From Candidatus Marinacidobacterium sp. (GTDB taxonomy: Bacteria; Acidobacteriota; Vicinamibacteria; Marinacidobacterales; Marinacidobacteraceae): a stretch of 64,000 nt of DNA. The notes under the pieces were generated by a model. It was given only the letters and a program-made list of their open reading frames with translations. It had not been told where the DNA came from and did no database searches. The first letter of the stretch is position 1; the number at the start of each line of letters is the position of its first letter. A program made the translations under genes and the position numbers. Below are positions 9,250-17,074 of the stretch, piece after piece. The stretch lies in the NCBI GenBank assembly GCA_965220965.1, contig OZ244852.1:824621-888620 (forward strand), written 5' to 3'.

Positions 9250-10590
9250 ATGATCCAGCGTCTCGACCAGTACTTCCAGATCAGCGCCCGGGGCGGCGCC
9301 TTCGGGCGCGAGGTCCTCGGCGGCGTCACGACCTTCGTGACGCTCTCCTACATCGTCCTGGTGAACCCGATCGTCCTGGGGACCACCGGGATGGATCCGG
9401 GCGCGGTGCTGGTGGCGACGGCGCTGGCGGCCGGGCTCGCCACCGCCGCCGCCGGGATCTTCGCCCGGCTCCCGGTCGCGCTGGCGCCCGGGATGGGGCT
9501 CAACTTCTTCTTCGCGTTCACGCTCTGCGCGCCGGTCGCCGCCGGCGGCTACGGCCTCACCTGGCAGCAGGCGCTGGCGGCGAGTTTCCTCGCCGGCGTG
9601 CTGTTCCTGGGCGCGACCGTGTTCCACCTGCGCTCGCGGCTGATCCGGACCGTGCCGGCGCCGCTGCGAAGCGCCATCGTGGCGGGGATCGGGCTCATGA
9701 TCGCCGTCATCGGCCTGCGCTGGGCCGGCATCCTGGTCGCGACCCCGGGTTCCTATATCGGGCTTGGCGACCTTTCGGCGCCGCCGGTGGTCGCCGCCCT
9801 GGTGGGGCTGGGAGTGGGCGCCATCGCGGTCGTGCGAAAGATCCCGGGGGCGCTGATCCTCGGGGCGGGAGCCTCGGCGGCGGTCGCGGCGGGGCTCGGG
9901 CTGACCACGTTCACCGGGGTCGTCTCCGCGCCGGCGTCGCTCGCGCCGACGTTCCTGGCGCTCGACCTCGGGGGTCTGTTCGCCGCTCCCACCTGGGTTA
10001 CGGCGATCATCATCCTCCTCCTCGTGGACATGTTCGACACCGTCGGGACCCTGGTGGGCGTCGGGACGCGGGCCGGCCTGATGCGCGACGGCAGGATGGA
10101 GGGCGCCGAGGCGGCCTTCGCGGCCGACGCCGGCGGGACGGTCGCCGGGAGCCTCCTGGGGACCTCCACGGTCACGACCTACATCGAGAGCGTCGCCGGC
10201 ATCGCGGCGGGGGGCCGCACCGGGTTCGCCGCGCTCGTGACCGGCGCGCTGCTGCTGCTGTGCGTGTTCCTGAACCCGTTGCTCTCGCTGGTGGGCGGGA
10301 CGCCGCTCGGGGACGAGACGATCTACCCGGTGGTGGCGCCGGTGCTCATCCTGGTCGGGGTCTTCATGATGCCGCAGATCCGCGACATCGCCTGGGACCG
10401 GCCGCTCGTCGCCATCCCGGCGTTCGTGACGGTCGCGGGCATGCCGCTCACCACGAGCATCACGACCGGGGTCAGCGCCGGCTTCATCGCCTGGTCGGCG
10501 CTCCACGTCGCGGCCGGCAAGGGGAAGCAGGTCTCCCTCGCCGTCCACGCGCTCGCGGTGGTCTTCCTCGTCCTGATGCTTCTCGAGTGA
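9250..10590 (+). CDS. NCS2/AzgA-family purine (adenine/guanine/hypoxanthine) permease
   Basis: The N-terminus LDQYFQISARGGAFGREVLGGVTTFVTLSYIVLVNPIVL parallels E. coli AdeP/GhxP-type permeases (FKL-x-x-x-T-x-x-EV-x-AG-x-TTF-x-TM-x-YI-x-x-VNP). The rest is polytopic membrane protein. Confidence 0.85.
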   Translation: MIQRLDQYFQISARGGAFGREVLGGVTTFVTLSYIVLVNPIVLGTTGMDPGAVLVATALAAGLATAAAGIFARLPVALAPGMGLNFFFAFTLCAPVAAGGYGLTWQQALAASFLAGVLFLGATVFHLRSRLIRTVPAPLRSAIVAGIGLMIAVIGLRWAGILVATPGSYIGLGDLSAPPVVAALVGLGVGAIAVVRKIPGALILGAGASAAVAAGLGLTTFTGVVSAPASLAPTFLALDLGGLFAAPTWVTAIIILLLVDMFDTVGTLVGVGTRAGLMRDGRMEGAEAAFAADAGGTVAGSLLGTSTVTTYIESVAGIAAGGRTGFAALVTGALLLLCVFLNPLLSLVGGTPLGDETIYPVVAPVLILVGVFMMPQIRDIAWDRPLVAIPAFVTVAGMPLTTSITTGVSAGFIAWSALHVAAGKGKQVSLAVHALAVVFLVLMLLE

Positions 10591-10596
10591 AGCGCT

Positions 10597-10652
10597 GCGG
10601 GGCGGTCGCGGCGTCTCGCATTGCCGCCGCGAACGGGATTTGAACCGCCCCG
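10597..10652 (+). terminator. Compound (nested) hairpin after the permease gene
   Basis: Outer arms GCGGGGCGGT (10597-10606) / ACCGCCCCG (10644-10652). Inner arms CGCGGCG (10607-10613) / CGCCGCG (10625-10631). Begins 7 nt after the permease stop. Confidence 0.35.
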
Positions 10653-12082
10653 GAAACCGTGAGACGATCCCCGAAGTGACTATCCAGGAATCCCGATCCG
10701 TCCTTCGCGTCTCCGGCTCCCCCCTTGTCGCCGGACTTGTCGCCGCCGTCCTGGTGGCGGGGACCGCCGCGGCGGAGCGCCCCTCGCGCGACCAGGTGTG
10801 GTCCGAGGTTCGGAGCGACGGAAAGTCGCTGGTCATCGGCCGTTTCGTCGGAAAGTTCGAGAGTCCCGACTTTCGTTCCCGCCGTCTCGTCGTCCGGAAC
10901 CGCGACACCGGGAAGGAGGAGCGGCTCGCGATCGACGACGGCCTGGGCCTGATCCACGAGCTCGTCGAGCCCGGGGTCTACGAAGTCCGCGCCATCGAGG
11001 CGGTCTACTTCCCGAACGTCCGCCCGATGAACCCCCGGCGGTTCCGCCCGATCCGGCAGCGCTTCGCGGTCGCTCCCCGCGCGCACGAGACGGCGGAGAC
11101 GCTCATCGCCGTGCCCCAGGACCGGCCGGTCTACATCGGCACCATCCGGGCGGCGGCGGAGCGCCAGGGCATGGTCTACGAAGGGCAGAAGCTCCGCGTT
11201 CTGGACGACTTCGACGCCGCCATGGACCGGCTCTCGGTGACCTTCCCGGCGCTCGCCGCCAGCCTTTCGGAGGCGTCGGTGACCCCGCAGCGGCACTTCA
11301 TGCTCCGGCCCACCCGCCCGGACCCGCCGCTCGAGATGGTCGTCGGCATGGAGGACCCGATTCGGCAGGCCCGCCAGTACATCGAGGACGGCAAGTTCGC
11401 CCAGGCGATCAACTGGCTCTCGACCTTCATGCCGGTCTCCGACCGCCATCGCAACGAGGTCCGGCTGCTCGTCGGGGAAGCGCACCTCGGGAGCCGCGAC
11501 CTCGACCTCGCCATCGAGGAACTGGGCGAGGTGCTCCTGCAGAACCCCGCGAATCTCCGCGCCCTCCGGCTACTGGCGCGGGCCCATTCGCTGAACGGGA
11601 ACCTGCTGGACGCCGAGAGCCTCTACCGCGCGCTGCTCGACCTGCGGCCGCGCGACGCGGAGGCGCACCTCCAGTTGGGATTCCTGCATGCCCTCCGGGA
11701 GGAGGCCGCAGAGTCCGAGGCCTCGTTCGAGATCGCCTTCGAGACCGACTTCGACTACCTGATGCATGACCTCGCGCCCTTCCTGGTCGCGGTCCGGAGC
11801 AACGCCGCGGCGGAGGCCGAGTACGTCCCCGCGACTCTCAGGAGCACCGAGGTTCCGCTGCGGGGCGGTGGGGGGTCGCGCCGCTCGTCCGAGCGGGACG
11901 GCGTGATGCTGCTCATCGATCACACCGGGGACGTCAAGTCGGCCCACTTCAACCCGGAGAGCTCGAGCCGCCTCCACCAGACGATGATGTCGCTGCTCCG
12001 CGGACGGTTCCGCCCGGCCACGCTGAACGGGATCGCCATCCCGTCCATCATGGCGTTCGGGAGCTTCACCGCGGACCCCTGA
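10640..12082 (+). CDS. TPR-repeat protein with signal/TM N-terminus and TonB-C-like tail
   Basis: High-GC3 frame. Hydrophobic PLVAGLVAAVLVAGTAAA near the N-terminus. TPR-like helices (LRALRLLARAHSLNGNLLDAESLYRALLDLRPRDAEAHLQLGFLH). The ORF-track TTG start at 10640 lies inside a hairpin, so the in-frame GTG at 10676 is a likelier start. Confidence 0.6.
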   Translation: MNRPGNRETIPEVTIQESRSVLRVSGSPLVAGLVAAVLVAGTAAAERPSRDQVWSEVRSDGKSLVIGRFVGKFESPDFRSRRLVVRNRDTGKEERLAIDDGLGLIHELVEPGVYEVRAIEAVYFPNVRPMNPRRFRPIRQRFAVAPRAHETAETLIAVPQDRPVYIGTIRAAAERQGMVYEGQKLRVLDDFDAAMDRLSVTFPALAASLSEASVTPQRHFMLRPTRPDPPLEMVVGMEDPIRQARQYIEDGKFAQAINWLSTFMPVSDRHRNEVRLLVGEAHLGSRDLDLAIEELGEVLLQNPANLRALRLLARAHSLNGNLLDAESLYRALLDLRPRDAEAHLQLGFLHALREEAAESEASFEIAFETDFDYLMHDLAPFLVAVRSNAAAEAEYVPATLRSTEVPLRGGGGSRRSSERDGVMLLIDHTGDVKSAHFNPESSSRLHQTMMSLLRGRFRPATLNGIAIPSIMAFGSFTADP

Positions 12083-12118
12083 GGATCGCCGCCCTCTCGA
12101 GGCGCAACGCGAAGAACG

Positions 12119-12147
12119 GTCCCGTCCCGCGCGATGCGGGACGGGAC
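12119..12147. terminator. Perfect 12-bp hairpin between convergent genes (bidirectional terminator candidate)
   Basis: GTCCCGTCCCGC (12119-12130), loop GCGAT, GCGGGACGGGAC (12136-12147). It sits between the TPR-protein stop (12082) and the tlpA-like stop (12149). Confidence 0.6.
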
Positions 12148-12148
12148 G

Positions 12149-12907
12149 TCAGCGGCTGTCCAGCAGCCGGTCCACCTCGGCCTCCAGCACCGAGAACGGC
12201 TGGTCGGTGCTGGGCGCCGGATGGAGGAGGCCTTCGCGGTCGATCAGGAAGTTCGCCGGGTAGCGGGCCGTCTGGGTGAAGATGTCGGGCACGAAGCCGT
12301 CCTCCAGCGCCTCGGGGAGGAGGAGGGGGTAGTCCACCTGGACCATGTCGCGGCGGAACGTCTGCTGGACCTCCTCGTCCTCGGTGGAGATGCCGAACAC
12401 CTGGAAGCCCTGATCGGCGCGTTCCTTCGCCAGCCGGTCCAGTTCGGGCATTTCGGCGCGGCAGGGTGGACACCAGGTGGCCCAGATGTTCACCAGTACG
12501 ACCGAGCCGGCGTGGTCGGAGAGCCGGTGACGGTTTCCGTCGAGGTCGGCGGCGAGGAAGTCCGGGGCCGGGACCCCGGCGAGCGCCAGGTTCGCGGCCT
12601 GCCGGGCGCGGCGAACCGCGCCGCCGATCGGGGCCGCGACCAGACCGAGCGAGAGCAGCGCCACCGTGGCGCCGACCCAGCCGGCGCCGGTCATGGCGCC
12701 CGCCCGTCGGGCCTGGAGCGCGCGGCGCAGCGCGAAGACCGGGGGCAGGATCATGACCAGGGCGACGGCGGCGAGCCGGAAGAGGTAGTCCGAGTCCGGG
12801 TCCGGGCTGAGGCGGGTCAGAACCAGGTAGGTTCCGGCGCCGAGGACGGCGGCGACAAAGGGCGAGGCCAGGCCCGACCAGAGCGGAGAGGGCGCGGTTT
12901 TCGTCAT
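12149..12907 (-). CDS. TlpA-like thiol:disulfide oxidoreductase (membrane-anchored thioredoxin fold)
   Basis: Starts at the ATG at 12907 (MTKTAPSPLW...). Several TM helices, then LVNIWATWCPPCRAEMPEL with a WCxxC redox motif. The upstream part of the 753-aa ORF-track entry overlaps the next genes and is rejected. Confidence 0.8.
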   Translation of the reverse strand: MTKTAPSPLWSGLASPFVAAVLGAGTYLVLTRLSPDPDSDYLFRLAAVALVMILPPVFALRRALQARRAGAMTGAGWVGATVALLSLGLVAAPIGGAVRRARQAANLALAGVPAPDFLAADLDGNRHRLSDHAGSVVLVNIWATWCPPCRAEMPELDRLAKERADQGFQVFGISTEDEEVQQTFRRDMVQVDYPLLLPEALEDGFVPDIFTQTARYPANFLIDREGLLHPAPSTDQPFSVLEAEVDRLLDSR

Positions 12908-13917
12908 GGGGAAGCCTCCACGAGGTCCGCGGCCGCGTAGCGGGCGCGGATGCCAGGGACGAGATAGCGGGAGAAGAGGGTCTCCCGGTCGTGCTCCGGG
13001 GCCCAGCCGAAGTCGCGGCGGGCGGCGCTGTCGTCGACCGCCCCGGGCCAGCTCGCGACGATCCGGTCCCGCGCCTCGTCGACCGAGGAGCGCACCACGA
13101 CTCCGGGAAAGTCGCGGCGGACGCGGGCGATGACCTCGTCCGCCGAGAAACTGGGGCCGCCGATGTTGTACGCGTGGCGCCGAAGATCGGCCTTGTCGGC
13201 GTCGGCGAGCTGGAGAAAGCCCCGCACCGCGTCCGGCATGGAGCAGAACGGCAGCCGGGCGTCCGCCCGCACGAAGAAGGCGTAGGGCTCCCCCCGGGCC
13301 GCGGCGTGGAGCAGTTCGGGCGCCCAGTCGCTGGTTCCGCCCTGCGGCGCGGTGTCGCAGGAGATCAGCCCCGGGAACCGGATGGCCCGGAAGTCGAGGC
13401 CGGCGCACTCGCGCTCCATCGCCGCCCCGAGCCGCTCGATGTAGAGCTTCTGGTCGCCGTAGAGCGTGATGGGATCCAGATGGTCTCCCTCGCCGATCGC
13501 GCCCGCCTCCGCCTTGGCGGCCCGGGACCCGAATCCGTAGACCGCGATGGAACTCGGGAACAGGAAGCGGACCGGCGCAGCCGGGGTCGCGTCGCGCGCG
13601 GCCATCTCGAGCAGATGGGCCGCCCCCTCCACGTTGACCCGGTGGGCCAGCGCCGGGACGGTCTCGGCGCGGGTGGAGAGGATGGCCGCGAGGTGAAACA
13701 CCGTCCGCGCCCGGTAGCGCGCGCCGAACGCCGCCCAGAGCTCCCGGTCGAGGATGTCCCCCTGGAAGTGTTCCGTCGGGAGGGCCGCGGCTGCGGCCGG
13801 CGGGGGACGCAGGTCCACCGTCACGACGGCCTCGCCCCGGGCGCGCAGCGAGGTGACCAGCGCGGTTCCGATTTCCCCGGCGGAGCCGGTGACGAGCGTG
13901 ACCGCGCGGCGGCTCAT
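12904..13917 (-). CDS. NAD-dependent epimerase/dehydratase family protein (extended SDR; possibly L-threonine 3-dehydrogenase-like)
   Basis: Rossmann motif VTGSAGEIGTALV, YGDQK (YxxxK) catalytic motif, about 337 aa. 4-nt overlaps with both neighbours. Confidence 0.75.
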   Translation of the reverse strand: MSRRAVTLVTGSAGEIGTALVTSLRARGEAVVTVDLRPPPAAAAALPTEHFQGDILDRELWAAFGARYRARTVFHLAAILSTRAETVPALAHRVNVEGAAHLLEMAARDATPAAPVRFLFPSSIAVYGFGSRAAKAEAGAIGEGDHLDPITLYGDQKLYIERLGAAMERECAGLDFRAIRFPGLISCDTAPQGGTSDWAPELLHAAARGEPYAFFVRADARLPFCSMPDAVRGFLQLADADKADLRRHAYNIGGPSFSADEVIARVRRDFPGVVVRSSVDEARDRIVASWPGAVDDSAARRDFGWAPEHDRETLFSRYLVPGIRARYAAADLVEASP

Positions 13918-14654
13918 GCGCCGCTCTCCTCCGACCCGGGTCGCCCCGCTTCGAGCGTCCGGCGCAGGAACGCTCCGAGAGCCCGGATTTCCTCCTCGCA
14001 GACCTCGTGACCCATGGCGTAGGAGCGGAAGTCCACGTTCCAGCCGTTCGCGCGGAGGGCGTCGCGGGTGGTGGTTCCACCTGCGAAGGGGACGATCTCG
14101 TCGTGGAGTCCGTGCGCCAGGAAAACCGGCGCCGCCACCGGTCCGGCGGGCGCCGCTTCTTCGGGGAACGGGAGGTAGGACGAGAGCGCGGCGAGTCCGG
14201 CGATGGCGGGCGGGGACGCGGCGTCGGGACCACGGGCGGCGGCCGCCGCGAGCGCCACCGCGCCCCCCTGCGAGAAGCCGACGAGCGCGACCCGCTCCGG
14301 GGGGATCCCACGCTCGGCCTCGGCCGCGAGAAGAGCCCGGACCCCGGAAACGACCGCTTCCAGGTGTTCCCGGTTGAGGCGCCGCGAGTCGGCGATCGAC
14401 TCGATGTCATACCAGGCGCGCATCCACATCCCGCCGTTCAGGGTGACCGGCCGGACCGGCGCCTCGGGGAACACGAAGCGGACTCCCAGTGCGGCGGGGA
14501 GGCGCAGCGCGGGCAGCACCGGGACGAAGTCCTGGCCATCGGCCCCGAGTCCATGGAGCCAGAACACGGTCGAGCGGTGGGCGCCGACCGGAGGGATCTC
14601 GACGAGATTCCACGCCGGGAGCGCGGCCGGAGCGGAAGCGGCCGTGGAGGTCAC
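13914..14654 (-). CDS. Alpha/beta hydrolase, phospholipase/carboxylesterase family
   Basis: VFWLHGLGADGQDF, nucleophile elbow GFSQGGAVAL, and later HGLHDEIVP and MGHEV (Ser-Asp-His triad arrangement of the PF02230-type esterases). Confidence 0.75.
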   Translation of the reverse strand: MTSTAASAPAALPAWNLVEIPPVGAHRSTVFWLHGLGADGQDFVPVLPALRLPAALGVRFVFPEAPVRPVTLNGGMWMRAWYDIESIADSRRLNREHLEAVVSGVRALLAAEAERGIPPERVALVGFSQGGAVALAAAAARGPDAASPPAIAGLAALSSYLPFPEEAAPAGPVAAPVFLAHGLHDEIVPFAGGTTTRDALRANGWNVDFRSYAMGHEVCEEEIRALGAFLRRTLEAGRPGSEESGA

Positions 14655-17074
14655 GCTGACTCGCTCAGGATCCGGTCGAGGACTTCGAGGTAGTGGTCGG
14701 CGTCATCGGCGCTGAAGGGCAGAGGGGGCTTGATCTTGATGACGTTCGCGTCCGCGCCGTCCGTGCTGTTCAGGATGTGCGCTCGCCGCATGCGATTCAC
14801 CAGGCGGCTGGCCGTCCCGGTCGCGGGGTCGCGCGACCCGGGGTCGCTCACCAGTTCGAAACCGAGGAAGAGGCCGCGCCCCCGGACCTGCCCGATGACA
14901 GGGTACCGCTTCGCGAGTTCTTCGAGACCGGCGATGAGCCGTCCCCCGACGCGCTCGGCGTGCTCCGCCAGCCCTTCGTCCTCGAGAACGTCGAGCAACG
15001 CGAGCCCGGCGGCGCAGGAAACCGGATTGCCGCCGAAGGTGTTGAAGTACTCCATCCCGGTCTCGAACGAGCGCGCCAGCTCGCGGGTCGTCACGACCGC
15101 CCCCAGCGGGTGTCCGTTTCCGGCGGGCTTGCCCAGGGTCACGATGTCGGGAACGAGCGGCGGGGCGGCGTCCGGCGACGCCTGGACTTCGGCGAAGGCC
15201 CACATCGCGGGACCCACCCGCCCGAACCCGGTCTGGACTTCGTCGGCCACGATGACGCCGCCGGCCTCGCGGGCCGCCTGGTAGACGGCCCGCAGATACC
15301 CCGGAGGAGGAACGACCTGGCCTCCGCACCCCGGGATCGCCTCGGTGATCACCGTCGCCGCTCCCGCCTCGCTGATGCGGCGCTGCGCGTCCTCGATGAG
15401 CGAGCCGGGGAATCCGGGGTCTTCCTCGCGGAAGCGTCCGCGGAAGCCGTCGGGCAGCGGGAGCCGGTGGAGCCAGGGCGGTCCGGGCCGGCCGCCGGGG
15501 CCGTCCAGCTTGTACGGGCTGATCTCGATGAGCGAGGTGAGGTTGCCGTGGTAGGCGCCGTCGAAGACGACGGTGTCCGGGCGCCCGATCCGGCTCCTGG
15601 CGATCCGGAGCGCGAGGTCGTTCGCCTCGCTCCCGGAGTTCGTGAGGAACACGACCTCGAGCGGGTCCGGAAACGTCGCGAGCAGGCGTTCGGCGTAGTC
15701 GGTGAGCTGGCGATAGAGGTAGCGGGTGTTCGTGTTGAGCCGGGCGGCCTGGCGGGCGATCGCCTCCGCCACCCGGGGGTGGGCGTGGCCGACATGGCAG
15801 ACGTTGTTCACCATGTCGAGGTAGGCGCGCCCATCCGCGTCGTAGAGCCGCGCCCCCTCGCCCCCCACCATGTGGATGGGCTCGTCGTAGGACACGCTGA
15901 GCGCCCCACTGAACCGCGCGCGCCGGCTGGCCAGGAGCGCCGCAGCGTCGGGCGCCGGCTCGCCCGGCTGCCGAGAGGACGTTCCGGTTCCGTTGCTGGT
16001 GTGGCCCGCCGCATCGAGGAAGCGCGCGGCGGCGTCCGCTACCGTCGATCCATCGAGTTCCGCCAGCACCCGCCAGACTCCGCTCTCGCTGACCTGCAGG
16101 TCGCTCTCGCCCTCCGCGCCGGAGCCGGGACGCCGGCGGATCGCGGCGATGCCGGCGCTGACCAGCGCCCGCAAGGCGAGCGCCGTCCGGAACGCGGCCG
16201 CCTCCTCCCGCGTCAGCGGCCGCTCCCCGGCGAACCCCGCCAGAACCGAGGCGGCGGCGGTGAGGGGGCTCGCCGCGGGACCGGCGAGATAGAGCGCCGC
16301 GGTGGCCGCCTCCACGATCCCCGGCGCCTCGAGCGCGTCCCCGAAGTCGAGCGCGGCCAGGTCTTCCGGACCGGCGTTGACCGGCGAGCCGGCGGCCAGC
16401 AGCAGGTTGTCGTCGTTCAGGTCGTTGTGGAGCGCAGCCGGGGGAAGCTCGAGGAGACGGCCCAGATCGGAGCGGATCGACTCCGCCACCCGGCGGTAGA
16501 GGCCGGCGCGCTCCGGGGAGGCGATGGCGGTCGCGCCGAGGGCGATGACCCGCCCGGCGTGGCGGGGGGCCCATGGAAGGTCCTGCGCTTCGAGCCCGGG
16601 ATGTCGGAAGCCGGCCAGCGCGCGCTGGAGCCGCCCGGCGAACCGGCCGGCCGCCTCCAGCAGGGCGTCGGTGGGCCGAGGGAAGACCGACAGCGCGACT
16701 CCGTCCTGATGGTGGAGAAGCCGGACGGCGTGGACCCGTCCGGCGAACTCCCGGTGGACGAGGCCCTCGCCGCCGGGCGCCGGCGCGAGGCGGGGCAGGC
16801 GGAGGCGGGGATCCCGCCGCCGGGCGTGCGCCGGCATCGCCGTCTGGAGATCCAGCCGGTCGGCAATTTCCGCCGCGCCCGAGATCTTGAGTACGAACCG
16901 CTCCCCGGACGCGGAGGTCAGGAGGAAGTTCCGGTCGCGCTCGCCGGAGAGAGGGGTCGCCTCCGCTTCGATGCCCCAGACCTCGCGGACGACCGCGGCC
17001 GCTCCGGCGGGATCGAGCGACGGACGTCCGGAGACCGGGTCGAGGAGCGACAGGGGGTCGGCCGGCGACGTCAT
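14651..17074 (-). CDS. Fusion protein: APH/hydroxylysine-kinase-like phosphotransferase (N) + AGXT2L-type class-III PLP enzyme (phospho-lyase/aminotransferase, C)
   Basis: The start ATG at 17074 shares 1 nt with the upstream stop. N-half: ERDRNFLLTSASGERFVLKIS and LHNDLNDDNLL (Brenner-type kinase motif). C-half: YLDMVNNVCHVGHAHPRV, LNTNTRYL, FLTNSGSEANDLALRIAR and DGAYHGNLTSLIEISPYK closely parallel human ETNPPL/PHYKPL. Confidence 0.8.
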   Translation of the reverse strand: MTSPADPLSLLDPVSGRPSLDPAGAAAVVREVWGIEAEATPLSGERDRNFLLTSASGERFVLKISGAAEIADRLDLQTAMPAHARRRDPRLRLPRLAPAPGGEGLVHREFAGRVHAVRLLHHQDGVALSVFPRPTDALLEAAGRFAGRLQRALAGFRHPGLEAQDLPWAPRHAGRVIALGATAIASPERAGLYRRVAESIRSDLGRLLELPPAALHNDLNDDNLLLAAGSPVNAGPEDLAALDFGDALEAPGIVEAATAALYLAGPAASPLTAAASVLAGFAGERPLTREEAAAFRTALALRALVSAGIAAIRRRPGSGAEGESDLQVSESGVWRVLAELDGSTVADAAARFLDAAGHTSNGTGTSSRQPGEPAPDAAALLASRRARFSGALSVSYDEPIHMVGGEGARLYDADGRAYLDMVNNVCHVGHAHPRVAEAIARQAARLNTNTRYLYRQLTDYAERLLATFPDPLEVVFLTNSGSEANDLALRIARSRIGRPDTVVFDGAYHGNLTSLIEISPYKLDGPGGRPGPPWLHRLPLPDGFRGRFREEDPGFPGSLIEDAQRRISEAGAATVITEAIPGCGGQVVPPPGYLRAVYQAAREAGGVIVADEVQTGFGRVGPAMWAFAEVQASPDAAPPLVPDIVTLGKPAGNGHPLGAVVTTRELARSFETGMEYFNTFGGNPVSCAAGLALLDVLEDEGLAEHAERVGGRLIAGLEELAKRYPVIGQVRGRGLFLGFELVSDPGSRDPATGTASRLVNRMRRAHILNSTDGADANVIKIKPPLPFSADDADHYLEVLDRILSESA

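Noticed and set aside
7879-10908. 1009-aa minus-strand ORF; also 6120..8381 (-), 14693..17125 (+), 19948..23712 (+), 27997..29949 (+), 38718..41414 (-), 55355..57556 (-)
   Set aside because: All are shadow ORFs opposite genes with strong family signatures (HEAT/permease, S41 protease, PLP enzyme, MetH, ArgS, TPR-peptidase, Zn-protease). They have low-complexity R/G/P/E/D composition and no recognisable motifs.
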